A DNA stretch of 63,591 bases, counting the filler, from Octopus bimaculoides (lineage: Eukaryota): the NCBI RefSeq assembly GCF_001194135.2. It is 8 parts of 6 records of this genome, joined end to end, with 100 filler letters (N's around TTAATTAATTAA, not from the genome) between each part and the next. Parts side by side here need not be neighbours in the genome. Positions count along the whole stretch, not along the records: positions 22,143 to 26,638 come from NW_026298393.1; positions 26,739 to 36,107 come from NC_068993.1; positions 36,208 to 38,494 come from NC_068991.1; 5 more parts are not named here. One strand, written 5' to 3'. Shown one piece after another: positions 26,344 through 38,593 of this stretch. A program made the position numbers and the translations under genes. The notes under the pieces were generated by a model. It ran no database searches, had not been told where the DNA came from, and worked only from the letters and a program-made list of their open reading frames with translations. Numbering within the stretch: the stretch's first letter is position 1; every line of letters begins with the position of its first letter.

Positions 26344-27402
26344 AATATAAGTATATGTATGTGTGATATGTATAAATATACGTGCGTATATATATTTACA
26401 TGCATATGTGTTTGTGTGTGTATGTCAGTGGGTACTTGCATTCATATGCAAGGGAAGGAATGTATTAAGATGTGTGTAATATATCTGAACGAAAATAACA
26501 GACAGTACTTTAACGACGATTTAATATGTTTATATAAGATTGGCGGAGAAATGTTACGTGCATGGTATATGTACACAGCTTCAGTTATTTTCGATTAATT
26601 ATACATGCGTATACATGTGCACGCCTCTGTATATATATNNNNNNNNNNNNNNNNNNNNNNNNNNNNNNNNNNNNNNNNNNNNTTAATTAATTAANNNNNN
26701 NNNNNNNNNNNNNNNNNNNNNNNNNNNNNNNNNNNNNNATATATATATATATATATGCATATATGGGTACAGGACGTCAAAAACAGAAGCAGGAGTTGTA
26801 ACATAAAGAACGACCCTTCATCCGTTGCCAGCTGTCCATCTACTCCTAATTTCCAGCATTGAACGTCAATATGAATCTTCGAAGGCAGTTGCTCCTGCAA
26901 GAGCCAAAATAAAATTTGGGATTTGCGGAGGTCAAAGTTGGTAACAAAAACAGAACAGTGAAAACATACAAGGAAACCGAACGAAAATAAACATGGAGGG
27001 TCGTTAGACCAGACGAAGTTAAAATAGCGAACGCTGGAGAAATATTTTCTTTGACAAGAGAAAAGATAGAAGTGAGAGACAGGATACGTGCAGTCTGTAC
27101 GACAGACCTGAAGGAAAAGAAAGATGATCACTTGAGGAAAAGAAAGATAATGGTCGGTGGTCACGTGTGAGAAACGAGGGAGAGAGTAATGAAGAAAGAG
27201 GGAGAGAGAAAGAAAGCGGTGATGGGGAGAAGAAAAAAAATTAGAGAAAGGATGAGAGAGAAAACGATAGCGTTAGAGAACAGTATAGAGTAGAGTCGCA
27301 TGAAAAATATGAAAAACCGACTTGGAAATGGATGCGATATACATACATGCATACATACATACATACATACATACAAACACATATATATATATGTATGTGT
27401 TT

Positions 27403-27444
<42 letters not shown>

Positions 27445-27789
27445 TTGCGTAATTCATCTGAAAATTCTCATTCAAAGACTAGGAAAACCAATGACAATAC
27501 GTCAGAACTGTGTTTTCGCCCACACATATCATGCATACTTATCTGGCAATATAAGACAGGCGTTGTGAAAATGTTTATGCTATGTAATATTAATTCCATT
27601 AAGGTAATGAACTGGCGGAATGCTTAGCGGGATTTTGTTGATCTTTAGATTCTGAGGTCACCTTAGCCTCTTATTTTGTTTTTTAAGTGCTAGTTGAACA
27701 GTGAGGTCAATTTACAATTTCACCCAAAGGTCCCGGCTTTGTTATGAAATTTGAATCCAATTTTCTTCTATTTTACAAGTTAATACATT

Positions 27790-27930
27790 GATATATTTTG
27801 CAAAATAATGTACCTACATTGATGTAGATTGGTTTCGAATTTTGGTATAATGCCAGCAATTTTGCGGAAGGGGTAAGTCGATTACATAGTCCCTGAAAGG
27901 ATGAAAGGAAAAGTCAATCCCAGTGGAATG
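27790..27930 (-). mobile_element. SINE family A, diverged
   Basis: tttggtataatgccagcaattttgcggaaggggtaagtcgattacat...ctgaaaggatgaaaggaaaagtcaatcccagtggaat. Confidence 0.6.
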
Positions 27931-28667
27931 ACAATCAGTTATTTATGTCACCAAGATTTATATCTAGTTTGAAAATAAAATCGTTTGCCAAGCTATATAT
28001 GAATTTCTTGATGTTATTTATATACAGCTTTTCAACTTCAAAATACATAAAGAAAAAGTAATGTAAAGAATTCATAAATATTCTCCAACATTAAGCTTTT
28101 ATTATGTAAAATTAATTCCACTTTATTATCTTGCCCACGGATTTAACTTAACACGATGCCATTTGAAAAACATTTGCAATTTGTTTGATGTGTTTTTTCC
28201 TGTAGTTTATGAGAATTACAATATATTATTATTCTAAATCTGCATATATTGTGATTTAATTTAACTGCACGCTATTGGAAAGATTCATATTGTTTTATAT
28301 GTATGTTATAAAAATGCATCAACTAAAAAGAACCAACGCAGTCGCACCTAATCTCATATATATATATATACACACACACACAACCAAACCCACCCGCAAC
28401 TACCAACAACCCACCCAACATACACACGCACACATATGTACCGTTATATTGCATTATATTATTTTATATATGCAGACAGACCAGATAGAAAAAATAGATT
28501 TCATGCACCAGATTCTTAGTTCAAATCCACTACAATTCTTTCGACTCACTCTGCATCTGTACCGCACAGGTCATTATAGCTAACTCACTTATCGTTTGGC
28601 ATGATATCACGATCTATATATGTCCGGCTTTGTTGTTTTGATATCATGGATGTATGTTTTATCTTTT

Positions 28668-28700
<33 letters not shown>

Positions 28701-29242
28701 NNNNNNNNNNNNNNNNNNNNNNNNNNNNNNNNNNNNNNNNNNNNNNNNNNNNNNNNNNNNNNNNNNNNNNNNNNNNNNNNNNNNNNNNNNNNNNNNNNNN
28801 NNNNNNNNNNNNNNNNNNNNNNNNNNNNNNNNNNNNNNNNNNNNNNNNNNNNNNNNNNNNNNNNNNNNNNNNNNNNNNNNNNNNNNNNNNNNNNNNNNNN
28901 NNNNNNNNNNNNNNNNNNNNNNNNNNNNNNNNNNNNNNNNNNNNNNNNNNNNNNNNNNNNNNNNNNNNNNNNNNNNNNNNNNNNNNNNNNNNNNNNNNNN
29001 NNNNNNNNNNNNNNNNNNNNNNNNNNNNNNNNNNNNNNNNNNNNNNNNNNNNNNNNNNNNNNNNNNNNNNNNNNNNNNNNNNNNNNNNNNNNNNNNNNNN
29101 NNNNNNNNNNNNNNNNNNNNNNNNNNNNNNNNNNNNNNNNNNNNNNNNNNNNNNNNNNNNNNNNNNNNNNNNNNNNNNNNNNNNNNNNNNNNNNNNNNNN
29201 NNNNNNNNNNNNNNNNNNNNNNNNNNNNNNNNNNNNNNNNNN

Positions 29243-29318
<76 letters not shown>

Positions 29319-29788
29319 TCTTCTCTGTCGGTTTCACAGAAATAATAATTTTGAAGAGGGCTTCGTCTTCATCCAGTTTCTTGGGGGTACTGTTAGAATG
29401 TAATAGAATTTCCACAAATATATCTTAAAGCCGAGTGAAATGAAACGAAGAATGGACGAGGCACCCGTTAAAAACTGACCTGAAGAGACACCCTGGACCT
29501 GTGGTGCAAGACAGTTCATTGTACAGCATCCTATCTGTGAGGTACAGATGAAAGATGAGTCGAAATATTTGTAGTGGATTTCAATAAAGAATCTCTTGAA
29601 ATCTTTCTGTATCTTTTCTGTTTATGTAAGCTTGTTCTATGTAGGCACCAAGGAATTCCTAATATAAATCCAGTAGTATATGCATCGTCGCTGATGTTCA
29701 AATCAGGTAGCTGTGGACGCGCTTAACACAGCATACTACGAGGTTTATAACCGAATATTGCAATAATTATATATATATATATATATAT

Positions 29789-29997
29789 AAATCTTATCCC
29801 TATAACTAAAACACAAAAAAATCTCTCATATGTCATCATTTCTAAAAATAAATTTGGCATCATTTCTAAAAATAGCCAAACACCTACTGGGGTTAAAAAT
29901 CTTATCCCTATAACCAAAACACGAAAAAATCTCTCAAATATCATCATTTCTAAAAATAAACTTGGCATCAATTCTAAAAATAGCCAAACACATACTG
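29789..29997. repeat. two-copy tandem repeat, 108-bp period
   Basis: aaatcttatccctataac... starts at 29789 and at 29897; each unit contains an internal catcatttctaaaaata duplication. Confidence 0.85.
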
Positions 29998-30912
29998 CTG
30001 CTGTCCAAAGGAATTGGTATAAAAGACAGAAAACCAGCCAGTCTATTACAGTATGTTACAGTCTGTCATACCGGCCATGATGAAATACCACAAGGTATAG
30101 AAAATACGTATTCGCCTTTATATATTTAATCCTTTATATTGAACACTCAATATTTCATATATTCAATACGACATATTCCATATATTCAATAAGACATTCA
30201 ATACTTCATTTCAGTGTACCATCCATTTTATATTATATAATATATATTCCATATTCTATATCCCACATCAATTTTACAAGAATATAAATAAAACATAAAA
30301 AACAGAGTTGGAACTCTTTTAAATAAAATAATATATTCCTCTATACACGATCATACAAAACCCCTTTTTTTTGTATTTATTTTTACTCACATANNNNNNN
30401 NNNNNNNNNNNNNNNNNNNNNNNNNNNNNNNNNNNNNNNNNNNNNNNNNNNNNNNNNNNNNNNNNNNNNNNNNNNNNNNNNNNNNNNNNNNNNNNNNNNN
30501 NNNNNNNNNNNNNNNNNNNNNNNNNNNNNNNNNNNNNNNNNNNNNNNNNNNNNNNNNNNNNNNNNNNNNNNNNNNNNNNNNNNNNNNNNNNNNNNNNNNN
30601 NNNNNNNNNNNNNNNNNNNNNNNNNNNNNNNNNNNNNNNNNNNNNNNNNNNNNNNNNNNNNNNNNNNNNNNNNNNNNNNNNNNNNNNNNNNNNNNNNNNN
30701 NNNNNNNNNNNNNNNNNNNNNATGAAGAGAGGTGAAGAGACGTACAAAGAAGTAGGAATCGGAGCAGGAGGTGGGGGAGGGGAGATATGGGTGGTAGGAG
30801 GGAGGGTATACATTCATTGATAAAGAATTAGAGAGAAGAGAGAGAGTGAGAGAGAGAGAGAGCGAGTGAGAGAGAGAAAGAGAATGAGGTGCACTCATAC
30901 ATGTATTTCTAT

Positions 30913-30984
30913 ACGTTGGTAGTATAGTGGTAAGTATCCCGCCGGTCACGCGTTAGACGGAGATTCGATTCCCTACTGAGGGGA
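30913..30984 (+). pseudogene. tRNA-Asp(GTC) pseudogene
   Basis: tagtatagtggtaagtatccc-gccgGTCacgcg..agac.g.g.ttcgattccc matches eukaryotic tRNA-Asp. The acceptor and anticodon stems are disrupted. Confidence 0.75.
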
Positions 30985-31205
30985 CTCGTTAATTTTTCAA
31001 CATTGGTGTTCTAGCATGACAGCAGATTTAGAGCTAAAACACTTTAAAGATCTTTAATGATACATACATATAACACACACACGCACACACACCGTAATAT
31101 AAACAATAAGGGATAGAAGTATCCAAGAATTAAGTACTTTTGGATACATATATATATCCCTTAGAGGGTTTAAACACCTCTAACTTATACCTTATACCTT
31201 ATATA

Positions 31206-31248
<43 letters not shown>

Positions 31249-32720
31249 NNNNNNNNNNNNNNNNNNNNNNNNNNNNNNNNNNNNNNNNNNNNNNNNNNNN
31301 NNNNNNNNNNNNNNNNNNNNNNNNNNNNNNNNNNNNNNNNNNNNNNNNNNNNNNNNNNNNNNNNNNNNNNNNNNNNNNNNNNNNNNNNNNNNNNNNNNNN
31401 NNNNNNNNNNNNNNNNNNNNNNNNNNNNNNNNNNNNNNNNNNNNNNNNNNNNNNNNNNNNNNNNNNNNNNNNNNNNNNNNNNNNNNNNNNNNNNNNNNNN
31501 NNNNNNNNNNNNNNNNNNNNNNNNNNNNNNNNNNNNNNNNNNNNNNNNNNNNNNNNNNNNNNNNNNNNNNNNNNNNNNNNNNNNNNNNNNNNNNNNNNNN
31601 NNNNNNNNNNNNNNNNNNNNNNNNNNNNNNNNNNNNNNNNNNNNNNNNNNNNNNNNNNNNNNNNNNNNNNNNNNNNNNNNNNNNNNNNNNNNNNNNNNNN
31701 NNNNNNNNNNNNNNNNNNNNNNNNNNNNNNNNNNNNNNNNNNNNNNNNNNNNNNNNNNNNNNNNNNNNNNNNNNNNNNNNNNNNNNNNNNNNNNNNNNNN
31801 NNNNNNNNNNNNNNNNNNNNNNNNNNNNNNNNNNNNNNNNNNNNNNAAACTTTTGAGCCATTTATTTTCTACTCATACCCTCCGATGTTTACGTATGGCC
31901 CGTGTACATATAAGTGTACGTTAGACAAAAAAATAAGAAAAATACCAGATTATTTCGAACAGGCTTTTCTGTTATTGATTTTCTGATAATAAAATACCCT
32001 GACATGACCACCCACTTTGTTATTTAGATAGTACGAAACAAGGTAATATGATATATTTCATAAATAAATTAACTACTATTTTTCTGGGGCATTCTGATAC
32101 ATTTTTACTGATATTTGGCTTCCTAAAAAAGAACTTTCTTGTAACAATGTTTTTACTATGAAATAAATACATTTAATATGTTTATTATGAGATATACACG
32201 GGCGAAAGTATTAAATAAAGTAAAATGTTGAATGTACTCAAATTTAATGCTTCAATATTATAAATTGCAAATAGACAATTAACAACAAAATATTACGTTA
32301 TCTAGACTGAAGCACTTTCACCCATGGATTATCCACACAATATCATAAGTATATATCTCAGGTTAACATAAGAAAACAACTAAATATACTTAAATTAACT
32401 TACAAAATCTCTGTCGGTTCACCATCACAGAAGCCACAAAATTGCCTTCACCGATACAAGGACAAGCTCACAGTCACACGAAAAAACCAATAATCATTCA
32501 GATTTGCTAGCCATCATTTGAGACACGGACGTGCACAAAACAAAAAACACGGCCGGCCAGGCGGAAGACAAAACGAAATCCGTCCCAGATACAAAACGGA
32601 AGTAATCCATCCCCGACAAGGTGAGAACCAAGACCAAACAATAGCATAACAACAAACTTATCGGCGGAGATAAAATGTTTTGTAAATATTTCCATAGTCT
32701 TCAAATAGGTAGGACGTTTT

Positions 32721-32771
<51 letters not shown>

Positions 32772-32879
32772 ACTCTCCCCTTTGTGTAGGTTCGTAAGGA
32801 AGTAAATTGTTTTCATGGGTGTAAAGATATATTTGTTTCAGAGATTTGATGGTTAAGCAGCAGCAGGTGAAGGAGAAAG

Positions 32880-33065
32880 TATCGAAGAAGAAGCGGAAGA
32901 AAAAAAGAAGAAGAAGAAGAAGAAGAGAGAAGAGAAGAAGAAGAAGAAGAAGAAGAAGAAGAAGAAGAGAGAAGAGAAGAAGAAGAAGAAGAAGAAGAAG
33001 AAGAAGAAGAAGAAGAAGAAGAAGAAGAAGAAGAAGAATGAGGAGGAGTAGGAGGAGGAGGAGGA
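32880..33065. repeat. (GAA)n then (GAG)n tract
   Basis: Direct inspection. Confidence 0.95.
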
Positions 33066-33364
33066 GAGAGTTGTAACAACCTGTAGTAAAGTCTATTCGT
33101 GGAATCTGCTTTAATGGTCAAGTGTCCTCACTTATGGTTGCAGTGGCATGAACCTTTTTGAATGATTCTACCACAGATAACAATACTAAAATGATCTAGG
33201 AATAATACCCACGAAAATATTGAAAACGATAGATATATTTAGAACAGTCGCTACCCACAAATTTATTTAAAGCAATACCTACCACTGCTACTCCAACAGA
33301 TCACTGTGAGGCCACTCGAACATGATAGCAGATTCTACGGACAACCTTTACAACTTACCACTCA

Positions 33365-33460
33365 TTTCTTCTTCTTCTTCTTCTTCTTCTTCTTCTTCTT
33401 CTTCTTCTTCTTCTTCTTCTTCTTCTTCTTCTTCTTCTTCTTCTTCTTCTTCTTCTTCTT
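33365..33460. repeat. (TTC)n tract
   Basis: Direct inspection. Confidence 0.95.
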
Positions 33461-34110
33461 TAACCATCAAACTTCAAAAACAAATATTTTTACACTTATA
33501 AAGAATTTTTTTCAGGTCTGCTGCAACCTATCTCACGAATCTACTNNNNNNNNNNNNNNNNNNNNNNNNNNNNNNNNNNNNNNNNNNNNNNNNNNNNNNN
33601 NNNNNNNNNNNNGAGAGAGAGAGAGAGAGAGAGAGAGGGGAGACATAAGAAAGGAAGAGGACCTACATATTTGAAGACTGAAAATATTTGCAAAACATTT
33701 TATTTAATGTTTTCTTCAATATATTTGCTTTTCTTAATTAATATCCATCTTTGTTTTACTCCTAGCTGAAAAAATCGAAAAGACAGAAACTGTTACTTAA
33801 CATTACAAAATATATTTCGTGATAAAATCATTTTTGAATTTTCTATCTCATCCTAATTCCCTTACACACACACATACACAAACACACACGCACGCACACG
33901 CACACACACACACATAAATACACACACAATCACATACACACACACATAAATACACACACACGCACAAACACACACACACACACATATATATATATATGTA
34001 ACCATATGTGAATCGTTGGTGATTTTCTTATACTTTACATGTATCACGTACTCGCTTTCTTTTTTGTGTTTGCTCTTCGTTTTTTCGATTTACCATATAT
34101 ATATATCTAT

Positions 34111-35328
34111 ATGGTGCACCCCCTCAAATATATACACACTTTGGCAGCTGAAACCCATTGGCATTAATAATGGCAGTCAGACTATGCTACTGAAAACACA
34201 ATTGAAGTGCAAAGACAATTTAGGAGGGAGTTTCAAACAGTTTCACTAAAGCGACTTACCATCGTTCGAATTAGAGATAAGTTTGAATTCAGTGGAACTG
34301 TTCAAAAGCGTTCTTCAAAACCATGAACAGCGAAAACCCCAACAAAGCAAGAAGGCGTGCTGAAAATGTATCACCAAAGTCGAAGAAAATCTGTGCTGCA
34401 AACGATTCGTGAGGTAGGTATTTCAAAATTGCCTGTCTAAAGCATTTTGAAGCATTGTCAGTGGAAAAGTTACGTTCCAAGATTAGTCTATGCTATCAGT
34501 GACAATGATCCAGACCGAAGAGTGTAGTATTGCGAATGATACTTGGTACGATGTATAGAAAAAGCAGATTTTTCACTAAAGATTGTGTGTAATGATGAGG
34601 CCACATTCAAATTAAATGGTTCAATTAACGGCCACAATTGCACCAACTGGGGACCTGGAAATCTGTATATTATGGTGGAAAACTATGTTAACTTACCAGG
34701 AGTAAGAGTGTAGTGTGACTTATCATTAAGAAGATTAATTGGACCATTCTTTCTTTCACGCTACTGTGACTGGTCCCATTTACTTGAACTTGCTACATCA
34801 ATCTCTCATGCCAAGATTTAGAGAAGGCTTTAAAGATGAGGAGTTACATTTTCAGGAAGATGGGACACCTCCACATTACCATTGTGATGTTAGATCCTTC
34901 CTTGAGGAGATCTTGGCAAACAGGTGGATTGGACTAAGTGGTTCCCTTGAATACCCTTAGAGTTCACAAGACGTCACAGCACAACACATTTATGGGGATG
35001 CCTAAAAGACAGTCTACGTTATGCAACATTCGCTGATTTGAGAGCTGACATTGACCGAGAATGCACACGACTGCCAAACGGAATCTTTAGTGATATTTGC
35101 GATTCCATTGCTTCGCGTTGTCTTGCTTCGCGTTGTCTTGCTTCGCGTTGTCTTGCTTCGCGTTGTCAGCAGTGGCTGGTCGTGAGCGGACGTCAGTATG
35201 AAAACGGACGTTGACAAAACAATCAAATAATATCTGTAGATACTATTAAAACTTGGAAATAAAATGTATTTTGATAAACACCTACTTTACATTTGTTTAA
35301 AGTGTTTATACATCTTTTGGGACACCAT
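34111..35328 (+). mobile_element. Tc1/mariner-superfamily transposon, DD41D (rosa)-like, degenerate
   Basis: Imperfect TIRs (atggtgcaccccctcaaatatatacacacttt / aaagtgtttatacatcttttgggacaccat) in TA context. Peptides [28 protein letters not shown] and [11 protein letters not shown]...NRWIG...EYP; spacing from the second to the inferred third Asp is about 41. Confidence 0.8.
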
Positions 35329-35436
35329 ATATATATATATATATANNNNNNNNNNNNNNNNNNNNNNNNNNNNNNNNNNNNNNNNNNNNNNNNNNNNNNN
35401 NNNNNNNNNNNNNNNNNNNNNNNNNNNNNNNNNNNN

Positions 35437-35517
<81 letters not shown>

Positions 35518-35842
35518 TTCCCAGATATGTAATCTCTGTATTATTTTTCTACGTAGATAAACAAAAAAATTCAAAAAAAGGTGGAAATTAATTTATTGAA
35601 ATAGTGATTTCTGGACAAAATCTTATTGACCCCGTTATATACGATGAAGCAATTTTCTGATCCTTCTTAAGAACAGAAAGCAGTTTAATGCAAATTGTAC
35701 CCTTGCCCTCCACAATTGTTTACTAAAACAAACAACAACTTCCATTATTCCATTCACTATATATCAGCTGTGCCATAAGAAAGGAGCAAATAATACAACA
35801 TGCTTGTAGGTCATAACACCCTGGCAACGCTGGGATGCATTG

Positions 35843-35880
<38 letters not shown>

Positions 35881-35888
35881 TGTGTGTG

Positions 35889-35935
<47 letters not shown>

Positions 35936-36514
35936 ACGTATATGTGTATACATATGTATATGTGTGTGTGTATGTATATATGGATAGGTATACGGGTAAA
36001 GTGTATGTATGCATATGTATACGGGTAATATAGTATAGTAAAGAGAAATAAACAAAATAATTAATTAATCTAGTGGAAATCCACAGGAGAGCAATAAAAA
36101 TAGAAAANNNNNNNNNNNNNNNNNNNNNNNNNNNNNNNNNNNNNNNNNNNNTTAATTAATTAANNNNNNNNNNNNNNNNNNNNNNNNNNNNNNNNNNNNN
36201 NNNNNNNAACATACACATTTGTCTATGTATATGGATATATATGTATTTTAATGTCTATACATTTCAGTATTAATTTATATATGTATATTTTTATGTCGAT
36301 ATAGGAATTGACTTGAACATAAGTATTATGTCGAAGTATATATGGAGATCGGATTATATATGCATTTACACATGTGTATATCTGCATACAGAAGCATATG
36401 TAAGCATGTGCGTGCAAATACGTGTGTAAATGAGTATATATGTTGTATGAGTGATAGGAATATCTTTAGGTATATATTTATGTATGTGGGTGTTTGTGTA
36501 CATACATACATACA

Positions 36515-36545
<31 letters not shown>

Positions 36546-36555
36546 TTATTTAATA

Positions 36556-37114
36556 CCCCACTTAAAGTAAATGCATTGTTAGAACACAGAATGCTGCGAT
36601 AGTTACAATGAGAGAAATTCTCATATTGACTTTTGGTGCATATAAGCACTCTTGTTTAAATCGCTATCGAGAGACAAATCTCCACCATCGCCACCGCTGA
36701 GACTACCAGATCACGGGATTTCGGCCCTTCCTGATCCTGTGAACTGTGAACGCTCGGACGCTGGAGATAGCAGAATTTATCCTGTTGCGATATACATAGA
36801 ATCATAGAGTTTGATCAGGCACTGATATCGCGAATAGGCAGTGGTCCAATTAAAAAAATATATAATTATTATCGGCAGAAGCAGCATTAATACCAAATGG
36901 TAATATGTATACCCGCTTACAAGCTGATGTGTCATTACACAGAAATTGTGAAATCACGTAATCTGGTAGTCTCGGCGGTGGCGACGGTGGAGATTTGTCT
37001 TCCGGTAGCGATGTAAATAAGAATATTTATATGCACCAAAAGCCAATCTGGGAATTTCTCTCATTGTAACGATCGCAGTATCTTGTGTCCTAACACATCG
37101 ACTTTTAAGTGGGG
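36556..37114. mobile_element. MITE/foldback element with about 165-bp terminal inverted repeats
   Basis: 36556-36721 (ccccacttaaag...gagactaccagatcacgggattt) is the reverse complement of 36950-37114 (aaatcacgtaatctggtagtctc...ttttaagtgggg). No ORF; TA-like flanks. Confidence 0.85.
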
Positions 37115-38231
37115 ATAAATATTACCCTTTGGTGTCAGTAATTTTTCTGTCACTAATAATTATATATATATATATATATATATATAAAAGCATGTTCATG
37201 TATATATGTATGTATATATCCAGTATGTGTGCTAGTGTATCGGTTACATCAGTTTACGAATGTATATATGAGTGCATGTTACTACTTTCATCTCTTATAT
37301 GAACTTTCTATGCATTATTTTCCATTCAGTATGCAATTACTTAGATATACATACATATATATAAATAGAAAATATGCACAAACATTCACTATTTGAGTGT
37401 TTGCGCATGGATGTGAGTACGCATGCAAATATATCGTTTACAGATTACATCTGATTACGTAATTTTTGAATTTATTCTAATATTTTTTAATCTTTTAATT
37501 CAGGTTTTAGTAACTTGGGAATTTCACAAAAATAGTCTGAACTATTTCAATTGCATTTTACATATTCAGACTATTTTGTTTCAGGGAAGCTATGATTAAA
37601 TGAAAGCAGAATTTCTTTGCTAAACATTAGGTTCATTAATTTAAACTATTTACTTTGCAGTTGTTTTTAACTTGTATAGTATAATATAATAATAACTTAA
37701 TATCGAATTCATCAATAAGTAATAACATAGAATAATAGAGAACTCAAGATTCTGTGTGTGTGTGTGTGTTTATGTACATAAATATGTGTTTGTGTGCATA
37801 AATGTGTGTGTGCATGTATATGTGTGAATGTGCGTCTGGGTATAACTTTAAAGTGTATCCAGTAGGGTGCCGTGGCACGGGAATTCCTGGGTTTGGAAGG
37901 TCGTAGAACCACCTCTTAGCCTCTCTTGTTCCTAGATCTACTCTGACTCGGATTAGTAGCACCTGTAAGGTCNNNNNNNNNNTTGGTGGATATATAATTT
38001 CTTTATTTGTGAATTAAGGCTACAATTGGTTTCATGTTAAGAAAAGTAGGAAAATATCCTAGTTTCTTAACAAATTTTCTAGCCGATCACATGAAGAAAG
38101 TTGTTGAGCTAAACACCTTTATTCATGTGATCGGTTTGAAAAAATTGTTAACACGCTAGGATATTTTCCAACTTTTCTTACCAAGAAAGTAATGGTAGCC
38201 TTAATTTACAAATAAAGAATATATATATATA

Positions 38232-38494
38232 TTCAGGGGCCCACAGCTTTTTAATATTCTCTCAAAGAGCCTGAGGAATCTGCACAAAGTAGATGTAGGA
38301 GTTTTTAAATCAAAGCTGGACCTCTTCCTATCGAGAGTCCCAGATGAATCTACCTCGCGGCAGGAGGTGCAAATGAGGGTTGCTAAATCAAACTCCATTC
38401 TTCACCAAGTGCCACATATTGTAAGAGGCTCCCTGTGATAACAGTGTAGCAACATGGTGGTGCATCAGCATGGCCGCAGCTCTAAGCTGAAACT
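38232..38494 (+). mobile_element. CR1-clade LINE 3' end
   Basis: Translates as FRGPQLFNILSKSLRNLHKVDVGVFKSKLDLFLSRVPDES, typical of a CR1 ORF2 C-terminus, followed by a short 3' UTR. Confidence 0.7.
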
Positions 38495-38593
38495 NNNNNN
38501 NNNNNNNNNNNNNNNNNNNNNNNNNNNNNNNNNNNNNNTTAATTAATTAANNNNNNNNNNNNNNNNNNNNNNNNNNNNNNNNNNNNNNNNNNN

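Noticed and set aside
29475-29525. CTGAAGA-gacacc...ggtgc-aagac hammerhead-like sequence
   Set aside because: The GAAA core is broken and stem I is absent; too degenerate to call.
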